A stretch of DNA of 64,000 nucleotides, taken from contig JAZJZC010000001.1 in assembly GCA_040390045.1 (NCBI GenBank), positions 108,005 to 172,004 on the forward strand. Reading direction: 5' to 3'. The translations under genes were made by a program, and so were the position numbers. Source of the stretch: Patescibacteria group bacterium. Its GTDB lineage: Bacteria > Patescibacteriota > Minisyncoccia > Phycocordibacterales > SIBU01. Below the pieces are notes generated by a model. That model had not been told where the DNA came from, ran no database searches, and was given only the letters and a program-made list of their open reading frames with translations. Shown in pieces: positions 30,502 through 39,864 of the stretch (position 1 is its first letter; the number at the start of each line of letters is the position of its first letter).

Positions 30502-31050
30502 CTAACTTTGTATTTCCTTCTCCTTCCTCTCCGCCGCGTCCCCAAGTTTTTTATTGAGCGCATCCACAAGCTTTTGCAATTCCGCTTTTAAACGAAACTT
30601 TTCGTCTTCTCCCATGCCCCCTGCTTTTTCTGCCGCCTCAATTTCTTTTTGGACTTCATCACGCAATTTTCTCACTGAGACTCGCGCATCTTCCAATTTA
30701 TCTTTCGCGATTTTCAATAACGCTGTTCGTCGATCGTTGGTTAGTTCTGGAAATGAAACTCGAACACCAGTGTCCACTGCGGCTACAGATAGCCCCAGGC
30801 TCGCCGCCACAACCGCTTTTTCAATTTCTTTTATGAGTGACGTGTCCCACGGTGTGATAAAAAGTGATCGCGCGTCCTGACTAGCGATGCTTCCAACAGA
30901 ACTAATCGGCATCTTGGCGCCATATGACTCAACTAAAATTCCATCGAGAATAGCTGGCGTTGCGCGAGACGTGCGAACACTCCCCAACTCCTTAGTGAGC
31001 CACTCTTCGATATCTTTGCCTTTTTGATTGAATTTAGTGAAGGAAAACAT
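30502..31050 (-). CDS. frr: ribosome recycling factor
   Basis: VRTSRATPAILD, ARVSVRKLR. Confidence 0.93.
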   Translation of the reverse strand: MFSFTKFNQKGKDIEEWLTKELGSVRTSRATPAILDGILVESYGAKMPISSVGSIASQDARSLFITPWDTSLIKEIEKAVVAASLGLSVAAVDTGVRVSFPELTNDRRTALLKIAKDKLEDARVSVRKLRDEVQKEIEAAEKAGGMGEDEKFRLKAELQKLVDALNKKLGDAAERKEKEIQS

Positions 31051-31179
31051 AGAGGGTCATGGAACACGTAGCACACAACATGGAGCAAGGGGATAAATCT
31101 TGTCTGCATGTTCCATGCTTCATGATACGTGCTCCATGTTATATTATCAGCTCTCCAGAAAAAATCCAATCACGAAAAA

Positions 31180-31881
31180 TCATTTAGGCAGCGGAACTAT
31201 AAGAGAAACGTATTCCAAAAGCATTTTGACGCTCGCCGAGCGGTCGAGCATATAGTCTCGGCATTTTTCGATATCGACTAAAATTTTTGGCGACAGCCCC
31301 TTTTTATCTTTAAACTTTTGATACAAAATTTCTTCAACACCTTCGATCAAACGGAGTGCTTCTGCCTTAGTTTTCTTTTCGTCTTTAATATCGTCGGCTA
31401 GTTTTTTAACAAAGGCGAGACGTTTGGGTAAACTGAGAGAGAGGAATTCTTTGGCCCCGGCCGCGGCGGCCGGGGCTGTTCTCATCTCAATCTTTGCCAC
31501 ACGCGAGAGCAACGTCGGGATCAAATTTTTCACACATTCGCCAAGCAAGAAAAAATAAGTATTTTCAGTCGGTTCTTCAAAAACTTTCAACAATGAATTT
31601 TGGGCTTCGAGCGTTATCGAGTCCGCTTCAATCACAAAAATTTTCTTAGCGTCCACTACAAAAGATTTTTTTTCTTGAAATTCTTTCAGAATTCTGGCGT
31701 TTTCAATGTTCAATGATTCAAATTTCTGATACGAAAAATCTGGGTTGCCCTTCGTTTCAATCTTCCACGAGCGTTCTAAAAGTTCAAATAATTTTTCTTT
31801 GGCGTTAACATCTCCAAAAATAGCATTGGCATGATGCCCCAAAATTTCGGCATGTTCCGTGTTCCGTGTTTTGTGTTCCAT
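31180..31881 (-). CDS. holB: DNA polymerase III delta'-like clamp loader subunit
   Basis: EAQNSLLKVFEEP..T.FFL, TLLSR. Confidence 0.7.
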   Translation of the reverse strand: MEHKTRNTEHAEILGHHANAIFGDVNAKEKLFELLERSWKIETKGNPDFSYQKFESLNIENARILKEFQEKKSFVVDAKKIFVIEADSITLEAQNSLLKVFEEPTENTYFFLLGECVKNLIPTLLSRVAKIEMRTAPAAAAGAKEFLSLSLPKRLAFVKKLADDIKDEKKTKAEALRLIEGVEEILYQKFKDKKGLSPKILVDIEKCRDYMLDRSASVKMLLEYVSLIVPLPK

Positions 31882-31886
31882 GGCTT

Positions 31887-32900
31887 CTAGCGCTTCGCTA
31901 TGATGCTCTTCTTGTACATCTCAAGATGCTCCAACGCAATTCCTGTCCCGAGAGCCACACAATAGAGTGCATCTTTAGCAAGTGTGGCTTTCACTCCAGT
32001 TCGGCGAAAAACCAATTCTGGTAAATTGCGCAACTGCGAAGAACCGCCTGTCATCATAATTCCTTGATCAATAATATCCGCAGCCAGTTCTGGTGGCGTT
32101 TCCTGCAAAACATCTTTAATAGCTTTGACCATTTCGCGAAGTTCTTTACTGATGGCTTTGACCACTTCGTTGGTTTTTACTTCAGCTGTTCGAGGAAGCC
32201 CAGTAATAAAATCACGGCCTTTGATTGTCATGGCAATCTCTTCTTCGAGCGGCACGGCAGAACCGATATTAATTTTTATATCCTCCGCCATTTTATCCCC
32301 AATCGCTAAGTTGAAAGTTTTTTTAATGTAATCGGTAATGGCAATATCAATTTTGTTGCCAGCCACTTTTACGGAAGTTGAAGCAACAATACCTCCAAGC
32401 GAAATCACCGCCACATCTGTCGTGCCACCACCGATATCCACAATCATTCGTCCCACAGCTTCTTGAATAGGAATACCCGCGCCGATGGCCGCCAAAATTG
32501 GTTCCTTCACCACGTAGGCATTTTTGGCTCCAGCTTTAATAGCCGCCTCAATCACCGCGCGCCGTTCAGTCGAAGTCACGCCAGCTGGCACACTGATCAT
32601 CACTTCTGGTTTCCAAATATTCCATTTGCCAAGAGCCTTGTTTATAAAATATCGCAACATGGCTTCGGTCACTCGATAATCAGCAATCACACCATCTTTC
32701 ATCGGGCGGTAGGCAATAATCGAATCGGGGGTTTTCCCAATCATATTTTTGGCTTCAACTCCGACGGCTAAAATTTTATTGTCTTGTTCAGACACGGCAA
32801 CCACTGATGGTTCGTTTAACACGACGCCTTTACCCGGAACAAACACCAAGGTGTTGGCGGTGCCGAGATCAATGCCAAGTTTTTTGGAAAATAAACTCAT
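31887..32900 (-). CDS. mreB: second MreB/Mbl-family actin homolog
   Basis: LGIDLGTANT, RPMKDGVIAD, DIGGGTTD. Confidence 0.9.
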   Translation of the reverse strand: MSLFSKKLGIDLGTANTLVFVPGKGVVLNEPSVVAVSEQDNKILAVGVEAKNMIGKTPDSIIAYRPMKDGVIADYRVTEAMLRYFINKALGKWNIWKPEVMISVPAGVTSTERRAVIEAAIKAGAKNAYVVKEPILAAIGAGIPIQEAVGRMIVDIGGGTTDVAVISLGGIVASTSVKVAGNKIDIAITDYIKKTFNLAIGDKMAEDIKINIGSAVPLEEEIAMTIKGRDFITGLPRTAEVKTNEVVKAISKELREMVKAIKDVLQETPPELAADIIDQGIMMTGGSSQLRNLPELVFRRTGVKATLAKDALYCVALGTGIALEHLEMYKKSIIAKR

Positions 32901-33040
32901 AAGAAGGGTTGAGGGTATAGGGTTCAGGGTTTAGTAAAAGAATTGTAACAGTATAGTACGTTTTGCGAAAAAGGTTTAATAGTTGACGAGACCAGTTTAT
33001 TATTTTAGTCTGGTTTTAGAAAAGTCGAAGGCCCCATTAT

Positions 33041-33307
33041 ATGGAACCTATACATTGGATTATCGTGGACACGGGATTAACCTGCACAGCAATCCTGTTC
33101 ATCTACGAAACGAAGGAGTCATACCTGCATTGGTGCCTTGTGTCCTTTCTTGATTTTTGGATAGGCGCTCACCTTGTTGGAACTGCTGCACTGGGAGTAA
33201 CCATGGGCAACTCCATAATCCCGTCTGTAGCCTTTTTGTTCAGTGTGCTCTTTTTTGTGAACGCTAAAAGGGATTTCGAAAAGGCACTCAAATTTCCTCG
33301 GGAATAA
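33041..33307 (+). CDS. small membrane protein (orphan)
   Basis: TTGACG-N17-TAGTCT promoter upstream, hairpin and T-run downstream. Confidence 0.5.
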   Translation: MEPIHWIIVDTGLTCTAILFIYETKESYLHWCLVSFLDFWIGAHLVGTAALGVTMGNSIIPSVAFLFSVLFFVNAKRDFEKALKFPRE

Positions 33308-33382
33308 TTCCTTTCCTGAATCCCCCGCGCTCGTACTCGAGCGCGGGTTTTCTTTTACCTTTCCTCTAACCTTTCTCAAATT

Positions 33383-33492
33383 GCTGTAAACCACAAAACT
33401 TCATTTGCAAAGAAAAACTTCTCCAGCGCGCCTTGTCCGGGCTTGGGCAAGCGGGAGGAGTTTTTCGAAGCAGAGGGTTTTGTGTTTACAGC
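33383..33492. repeat. long palindromic (MITE/REP-like) element abutting the murA stop
   Basis: GCTGTAAACCACAAAAC...GTTTTGTGTTTACAGC ends; inner GAAAAACTTCTCC/GGAGGAGTTTTTC. Confidence 0.6.
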
Positions 33493-34790
33493 TAATTACT
33501 CACTCTCTCTATATCCACTCCCACCGCCTTTAGCCTCTCCTCAATTCTTTCATAGCCTCGATCGACATAATGAACATTATTAATAACGGATCGCCCCTTC
33601 GCCACAATAGCTGCCAAAATGTAGGCGAGACCAGCGCGAATGTCTGGTCCGTCGAGCTCCCTACCTTTTAAAATCGCTGGACCTTTGATTGTCATGGTGT
33701 GCTTACTCCAGACGTTCAGCTTCGCTCCCATCTTTACCAAATCATCAGCGTAATTTAATCGGCCGTCAAAAATAGTTTCAAAGACGCTACTCTCGCCCGT
33801 TACTTGAGTCAAAAAAACCGTCAGCGGCGCTTGCAAGTCAGTTGGAAAACCTGGGTACTCGTGAGTGGTGACACTGGTTCCATGAAAATTAGAATTTTTT
33901 GCATCCCGTGAATATTTAACATGAATGGAGTCTTTCGTGATATTCATGTGAAGTCCAGAACGCTCAAAGGTGGCAATCAAACTTTCCAAATGCATCGGGT
34001 TACAATTTTTTATAGTGATGTCCTCTCCTGCAAGCGCAGCCAAAATAAGGAAACTTCCCGCCTCGATTCGATCCGGAATAGTTTTAAAACTTTTTTTGCC
34101 AGCTTTCAAAATGCCTCCACCAACAATCGTCAATGTTGGAGAACCCACACCAGTAATTTTCGCGCCGCAAGAAATTAAAAATTCAGCGACATTTCCGATC
34201 TCCGGTTCCATAGCGGCGTTTTTAATAACCGTCGTTCCTTCAGCCAACGTGGCCGCCATCATTACCGTCTCGGTGACGGTATGACTTGGCACACGAAGGA
34301 AAATTTCCGCACCATGAAGTTTCTTACCGTTAGTTTTAAATGTATAAATTTCTGAATCAAATGTAACCGTCGCACCCATTTTTTCAAAAGCCGAAATAAA
34401 CATATCCACCGGTCGCTCACCGAGCACGCAACCTCCCGGATGCGGCAACACCACCTCTCCATAGCGTGCGAGCAGAGGGCCAATAAAAACCGTCGACGCT
34501 CTCATTTTTTTCGAAAGTTCATGGTCGAGAATTTTGCTCGTTAAAACCGAAGCATCGATTCTCCACTCGTGATAACCTTTTCGCTCAATCTTACCACCTA
34601 GATTTTTTATAATTTCTACCGAACTTTGGACATCCTGAATAAACGGCACGTTTTCAAATAGTATCGGCTCGTCAAATAAAATGGCGCTTGCAAACGCCGG
34701 CAATACAGCATTCTTCGCGCCAAACACAGGAAGTTCTCCGACGAGAGCTCGTTTGCCGTGCTGGCCTTTGATAAGAAAAATGTCTTTCAT
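33492..34790 (-). CDS. murA: UDP-N-acetylglucosamine 1-carboxyvinyltransferase
   Basis: GAKNAVLP, MRAS, PGGC.LG.RP, PGFPTDLQ, DIRAG, DRGYE. Confidence 0.96.
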   Translation of the reverse strand: MKDIFLIKGQHGKRALVGELPVFGAKNAVLPAFASAILFDEPILFENVPFIQDVQSSVEIIKNLGGKIERKGYHEWRIDASVLTSKILDHELSKKMRASTVFIGPLLARYGEVVLPHPGGCVLGERPVDMFISAFEKMGATVTFDSEIYTFKTNGKKLHGAEIFLRVPSHTVTETVMMAATLAEGTTVIKNAAMEPEIGNVAEFLISCGAKITGVGSPTLTIVGGGILKAGKKSFKTIPDRIEAGSFLILAALAGEDITIKNCNPMHLESLIATFERSGLHMNITKDSIHVKYSRDAKNSNFHGTSVTTHEYPGFPTDLQAPLTVFLTQVTGESSVFETIFDGRLNYADDLVKMGAKLNVWSKHTMTIKGPAILKGRELDGPDIRAGLAYILAAIVAKGRSVINNVHYVDRGYERIEERLKAVGVDIERVSN

Positions 34791-34913
34791 ACAGCGCATT
34801 CTAATCGTTTCAGCAACTTTTTACAAATAGAACAAGATTGCAAGGTCGATACTTTTTTGCGACTATGTATTTACAATCTGTTTCTTAAATTGAAACTAAT
34901 CTAAATCCGTTAT

Positions 34914-36815
34914 ATGAAACTCATTGAAGTCATTCCCATAGCTCGTGGCATTGGAAAGGAAACTCTTTCCTACTTTTCTAATGCAGACATTCCCAATGGC
35001 TCCCTTGTCACCGTACCTGTTCGCAAACGCCTGATTTCTGGCCTTGTCGTTTCTTCGCACGACGCGCAAGAAGAAAAATCTTCCATCAGATCGTCCGACT
35101 ATCAAATGAGAAAGGTTGGTGAATTCAAATCTGAAAGTTTTTTATCGGAAAATTTCATGAAGGCGGCGAAATCAATCGCAGACTTCTCGGCAAGTTCAAT
35201 CGGCAGTGTGCTCAATCTTCTTATTCCGAAAACTATTTTGGAACACGCACCAGAGGTTAAAGCCAATAACCCTAAACAAATTCAGAAACTGGAAAATTTT
35301 GACCGGCTGGCACTTCAAGCCGAAGATGAGGAGCGGTTTGCGACCTATCGCAGTTTGATACGTGAGGAATTTGCCCGCAGACACTCGGTATTTTTCTGTG
35401 TGCCAACCGCGGAAGACGCTATAAAACTTTCAGCACTTTTACCCAAAGGCATTGAGGATTACACCTTTGCTTTTTACGGCTCGCTCCCGAAAAATAAAAT
35501 GCTAACGCTTTGGCAAAAAGCCGTTAGCGAAGAACATCCGATTTTAATTATTGCCACAGCGCCCTTTTTTTCAATTTCACGATCTGACATCAGTACGATC
35601 GTAGTTGAAAATGAAAGTTCCCGATCATACAAAATGCAGATGCGACCCTTTTTGGATGTGCGGATTTTTGCTGAATTTTTTGCCAAAGAAATTGGCGCAA
35701 AATTTATTGTTGGTGATAATTTTTTGCGAACCGAAACAATTTTCAAAGTTAAACAAGGAGAATTTGCAGAACTTTCTCCGCTAAAATTTCGATCGCTCTC
35801 CCCCGCTAGAAATACAGTCATCGACATGAGCGCTCTGAAAAAAAGTACTGGAGGAAAATTTGAAACTTTGAGCCCTGAACTTGAAGCGCTAATACAGCAG
35901 TCACATACTGCCAATCAAAATTTATTTATTTTTGCTGCCCGAAGAGGTTTCGCGCCGGAAACTATTTGTGGCGACTGCGGAACTCTTGTCCTCTGCAGTC
36001 GTTGCCGATCACCGATTACGCTCCATCGCGCCAAACCCGGAGACAACAGCCAAAACTTTTTTTTCTGCCACGGATGTAATGAGAAACGAAGTACCGAGGA
36101 ACATTGTTCGAAATGCGGCAGTTGGAAGTTGCAATCAATTGGCATCGGGATTGAGCTCGTAGAAGTGGAACTAGAAAAAAAATTCCCTTTCATCAAAATA
36201 TTCAGAGTCGATAAAGACACCACGCCAACCAAAAAACAAATTTCTAAAAAGATTGCTTCGTTTTACGCGTCACCTGGAAGTATTCTATTGGCAACCGAAA
36301 TGGTGTTTCCCTATTTAGACAAAAAAATCGAAAATACCGCAGTGGCCTCACTCGACGCCCTGTTTTCACTTCCGGATTTTCGAATCAACGAAAAAATCCT
36401 CCATATTCTTCTGAAAATCAGAGCACTCACCGAATCTTCTTTTTTTGTGCAAACTCGAATTCCAAATGAAAAAATTCTTGATTACGCACTCAAAGGAAAT
36501 TTGATCGATTTTTATCGAGAAGAAATTGCCGCGAGGAAAGACTTTAATTATCCCCCATTTACCACGCTCATTAAAATTTCCCTCTCAGGAACACGAGCGG
36601 CCGTTTCAAAAGAAATGCTCGAACTTAAAGAGTTTCTTCAGCCTTTCACAACAGAGATTTTTCCAGCGTTCATTGAGGAATCTCGCGGGGCCTTTACGCT
36701 TCACGCTCTCATCCGCTTGCCTATCGGCGGCTGGATCAATCGCGAACTTTTGTCAAAACTTCTTCAGCTCCCTCCTCAATTTCGCATCGCGGTGGAACCG
36801 GAGAGTCTGCTATAA
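34914..36815 (+). CDS. priA: primosomal protein N' (helicase motifs degenerate)
   Basis: N-terminal 3'-DNA-binding region, RRGFA followed by four CxxC motifs, YPPF. Confidence 0.85.
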   Translation: MKLIEVIPIARGIGKETLSYFSNADIPNGSLVTVPVRKRLISGLVVSSHDAQEEKSSIRSSDYQMRKVGEFKSESFLSENFMKAAKSIADFSASSIGSVLNLLIPKTILEHAPEVKANNPKQIQKLENFDRLALQAEDEERFATYRSLIREEFARRHSVFFCVPTAEDAIKLSALLPKGIEDYTFAFYGSLPKNKMLTLWQKAVSEEHPILIIATAPFFSISRSDISTIVVENESSRSYKMQMRPFLDVRIFAEFFAKEIGAKFIVGDNFLRTETIFKVKQGEFAELSPLKFRSLSPARNTVIDMSALKKSTGGKFETLSPELEALIQQSHTANQNLFIFAARRGFAPETICGDCGTLVLCSRCRSPITLHRAKPGDNSQNFFFCHGCNEKRSTEEHCSKCGSWKLQSIGIGIELVEVELEKKFPFIKIFRVDKDTTPTKKQISKKIASFYASPGSILLATEMVFPYLDKKIENTAVASLDALFSLPDFRINEKILHILLKIRALTESSFFVQTRIPNEKILDYALKGNLIDFYREEIAARKDFNYPPFTTLIKISLSGTRAAVSKEMLELKEFLQPFTTEIFPAFIEESRGAFTLHALIRLPIGGWINRELLSKLLQLPPQFRIAVEPESLL

Positions 36816-36872
36816 ATAAGTTAAAAGTTCATCAAGTTCGTAAAGTTTATAAAGTAAAAATAGAAATCAACC

Positions 36873-36959
36873 TAAACCATTCACACATTCGTGCGAATGT
36901 GTGAATGGTTTAATTGTGAAAAAACAGCATTATACCTTTCGCTCGAAAGGTATAATGCT
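36873..36959. repeat. two near-perfect palindromes (36873-36912 and 36926-36959)
   Basis: TAAACCATTCACACATTCG TG CGAATGTGTGAATGGTTTA; AGCATTATACCTTTCG CT CGAAAGGTATAATGCT. Confidence 0.85.
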
Positions 36960-37007
36960 ATTTGATAAAAACTGTAAATCCTAAAATGTTCCTAAATCTG
37001 TCTCGCC

Positions 37008-37400
37008 TTAACGCTCCCATTTCTTTTCTTCAGGGTGAAAATCAACTTGGTGTTCAGGAATTCCTAGAGAAATGCCGTAACGTTTCGCCGCGTCATATTC
37101 TTGCTGGCTATTCTTATTGATTTTGAAAATTTTTCCGGGGAAAATAATAAAGTGAGTATTCTCGTTTTTAAAATCTGCGTACCATGCTGAAGGTTGGGAA
37201 ATTAAAGTTTGGCTCAAAATTTTTGTAGCCAGATCAACTTTTTCCTCAGAAATTTCTACTGTGTGCAAAGTCCACTGCGAAAGCCATGGGGTGTGATGTT
37301 CAGGTGTCACCGTTTCAATTTCAGTTTTAAGAACCGCGACCTCCGCGAGCACCTCTAAATTCTTCAAACTTTCTTCGATTATTATGCCACTGTAATTCAT
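37008..37400 (-). CDS. conserved hypothetical protein
   Basis: GIIIEESL..WTLH..WYADFKN..GIPEHQVDF pattern, recalled from CPR hypotheticals. Confidence 0.7.
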   Translation of the reverse strand: MNYSGIIIEESLKNLEVLAEVAVLKTEIETVTPEHHTPWLSQWTLHTVEISEEKVDLATKILSQTLISQPSAWYADFKNENTHFIIFPGKIFKINKNSQQEYDAAKRYGISLGIPEHQVDFHPEEKKWER

Positions 37401-37712
37401 AAATTTATTTGATTGTAACATGCAATTTTTCCAAAGAAAAAGCGCCGAAATAATTTAGCGGCGCTCCGGCAAAAACGAGCGAGTGATTCTTCTCCCATCC
37501 GGACCCTTGGCATGCCGAGAGATCAACCTTTGTTGAAGACGGTGATCAAAGATGGCTGGAATCCTCTCTTTGAGCGCAGCTTGGGAGTTTGGATTTTCTA
37601 CTTCTGGGTTGTTACCTTTTGTCTTCATTTGATACCTCAATTTGATCTGTCAAAATTGTAACTTACTATTTCCTACTTTGCTAAAGCTCTTTTTGCACGG
37701 TACAATTATTTA

Positions 37713-38255
37713 ATGACACCGATTGTCCAAAACCCTAATCCTGTTCTACGCAAAGTAGCGAAGGAAGTGCCGGAAAAAACCATAAAAAGCCCTAAAATCA
37801 TTGCTGTTTTAGAAAGGATGAAAGAGGCCCTTGATTCCCAAGAAGACGGCGTGGCCATTGCTGCACCACAAATTGGCGAATCATTGAGAATTTTTGTAAT
37901 CACCGAACGAGCTCTTGAAATTTCAGATGAACTAGCGGAAGGAAAAAAAATCGCTAAGAACCCTGAAAAAGTTTATGGTCATTTGGTTTTTATCAATCCC
38001 GTAATTTCCAAAATTTCGAAAACCAAAGCCGTACTCGAAGAAGGGTGTCTCAGTGTCAGGTATGCCTATGGAAAAGTTAACCGTTCAACCAAGGCCACGG
38101 TCAAAGCGTTCAACGAAAAAGGTGAAAAATTTACACGCGGCGGAAGCGGGCTTTTAGCGCAAATTTTCCAGCATGAAATCGATCATCTCAATGGCATTTT
38201 ATTTATTGATACGGCAAAAGAGGTTAAGGAGGTTCCACCTGAAAAAACTACATGA
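37713..38255 (+). CDS. def: peptide deformylase
   Basis: GVAIAAPQIG, EGCLS, QHEIDHLNG. Confidence 0.96.
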   Translation: MTPIVQNPNPVLRKVAKEVPEKTIKSPKIIAVLERMKEALDSQEDGVAIAAPQIGESLRIFVITERALEISDELAEGKKIAKNPEKVYGHLVFINPVISKISKTKAVLEEGCLSVRYAYGKVNRSTKATVKAFNEKGEKFTRGGSGLLAQIFQHEIDHLNGILFIDTAKEVKEVPPEKTT

Positions 38256-39118
38256 GTACGACACCTCTCAATTACGTTTTTTTCGGAACTCCAGAATTTT
38301 CCACACTTGTCCTCGCTGAACTTTTATCGAAGGGATATTCCCCCGCCTTTGTGGTGACGACTCCCGACAAGCCGGCAGGAAGAGGGCTGGCACTCACGGA
38401 ATCGCCGGTGAAAATTTTTGCGACAAAGCAAAATATTCCGGTATTGCAACCAGAAAAACTCGATGCCGAATTTGTTTCTAATCTCAAAGAAAAAAATCTC
38501 GACCTATGTATTGTGGCGGCATATGGAAAAATTTTGCCAGAATCTCTACTGTCCATTACAAAGTATCCTCCGCTCAACGTGCACCCATCACTGCTTCCAA
38601 AGTATCGCGGTACGTCTCCCGTTGAAAGCCAGATTTTAGCGGATGAAAAAAATATCGGCGTTTCAGTAATTCGCATGGATGAAAAAACCGATCACGGACC
38701 GATCGTTGCCCAAGAAAAAGTGGAAATACCTAACTGGCCGATTTCACGAGATACCTTAAATACTATTTTATGGAAAAAAGGAGGAGCGTTGATTGCGCAG
38801 GCGTTACCGAGCTGGATAGATGGAAGCCTAAAAGAAATTCCTCAAAATCACGACGAGGCCACACCTACACCAAGAACACAAAAAACCGACGGACTCGTTG
38901 AACTTTTAGATTCTGATCGAAAAAATTATCTTAAATATCTTGCGTACGAAGGCTGGCCGGGCACCTATTTTTTTAGTGAGAAAGATGGTAAAAAAATCCG
39001 TGTCATTATCAAAAAAGCGCGCCTTCTTGATGAAAAATTTGTGATCGACACTGTGCTACCTGAAGGGAAAAAAGAAATGGGGTATGAAGATTTTCTTAAG
39101 GGGAAAAAAGTCGGTTAA
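38252..39118 (+). CDS. fmt: methionyl-tRNA formyltransferase
   Basis: FFGTPEF, NVHPSLLPKYRG. Confidence 0.95.
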   Translation: MSTTPLNYVFFGTPEFSTLVLAELLSKGYSPAFVVTTPDKPAGRGLALTESPVKIFATKQNIPVLQPEKLDAEFVSNLKEKNLDLCIVAAYGKILPESLLSITKYPPLNVHPSLLPKYRGTSPVESQILADEKNIGVSVIRMDEKTDHGPIVAQEKVEIPNWPISRDTLNTILWKKGGALIAQALPSWIDGSLKEIPQNHDEATPTPRTQKTDGLVELLDSDRKNYLKYLAYEGWPGTYFFSEKDGKKIRVIIKKARLLDEKFVIDTVLPEGKKEMGYEDFLKGKKVG

Positions 39119-39156
39119 AAAATCCCCGTTCCGATGTACATCGGAACGGGGATTTT
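39119..39156. terminator. perfect 38-bp palindrome, probable bidirectional terminator
   Basis: AAAATCCCCGTTCCGATGT|ACATCGGAACGGGGATTTT between convergent genes. Confidence 0.7.
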
Positions 39157-39171
39157 CTTTACTGCTCCTAT

Positions 39172-39327
39172 TTACTCCAACAACTCATTAATCTCTGCTC
39201 TGTGGTCTGGATTATCAAGCTTGCTCAATGCCCCATCCGCGACACGATAGATCGCAGCCGCGATAATAGTTATCGCCAGAAGAAAAAATAAAGAAAGATT
39301 TTTACCCAAACTTTGATGTAGGTTCAT
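39172..39327 (-). CDS. small 51-aa single-TM protein (below the ORF-track cutoff)
   Basis: Translated by hand as MNLHQSLGKNLSLFFLLAITIIAAAIYRVADG...ELLE; fills the gap between hpf and the terminator. Confidence 0.5.
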   Translation of the reverse strand: MNLHQSLGKNLSLFFLLAITIIAAAIYRVADGALSKLDNPDHRAEINELLE

Positions 39328-39339
39328 TGTAGAAACTAA

Positions 39340-39705
39340 CTATCGGTAAAACCGGCGAAACATATTTTTAATTCTTTGCCCACTTCTTCTGACGAGCGAC
39401 ATCTTTTTTCCTTTGTGCGAACTCAATTCCCTACTTATTTCATCTTTAATGTCATCGATGGCGGTCATCAAATCTTCTTGTTCTGAAACGGCGCGAAAAG
39501 CCTTGCCCCCAATGTGAATATTGATTTCAGCTCTAAAAATATCCCCGGCTTGATGATGTTTAGTGGTTTTGCCGAGTTCAACGTCAATAATATATCCATC
39601 GGCCTCGCTTGGTAAAAATTTCTCAATAGCTCCGAGTCTCTTATACAAATAATCCGACACATCTGGGGTAATTTCTAACCCTGTACCTTTTAAGTTTATT
39701 TTCAT
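39340..39705 (-). CDS. hpf: ribosome hibernation factor HPF/RaiA
   Basis: MKINLKGTGLEITP, AEINI, DLMTAID. Confidence 0.85.
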   Translation of the reverse strand: MKINLKGTGLEITPDVSDYLYKRLGAIEKFLPSEADGYIIDVELGKTTKHHQAGDIFRAEINIHIGGKAFRAVSEQEDLMTAIDDIKDEISRELSSHKGKKMSLVRRSGQRIKNMFRRFYR

Positions 39706-39864
39706 ATATTTAGTATAACACGCAGGTTAACTTTACATTACAATCCTCTGTCTCTTAATTTTTCTCTTATTCTTAATTTCCCGATGCTCCGTAATCGGAG
39801 TTCGGGATCCCGACCGTCTTCGCGTCGGGACTTAAATCTTAAATCCTGAATCTTGAATCTTCTG

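Noticed and set aside
26835-32900. Two mreB genes as a novelty
   Set aside because: MreB paralogs are common in CPR and Firmicutes.
15622-38676. Many short antisense or overlapping ORFs in the ORF track
   Set aside because: They are shadow frames of well-supported core genes and carry no motifs.
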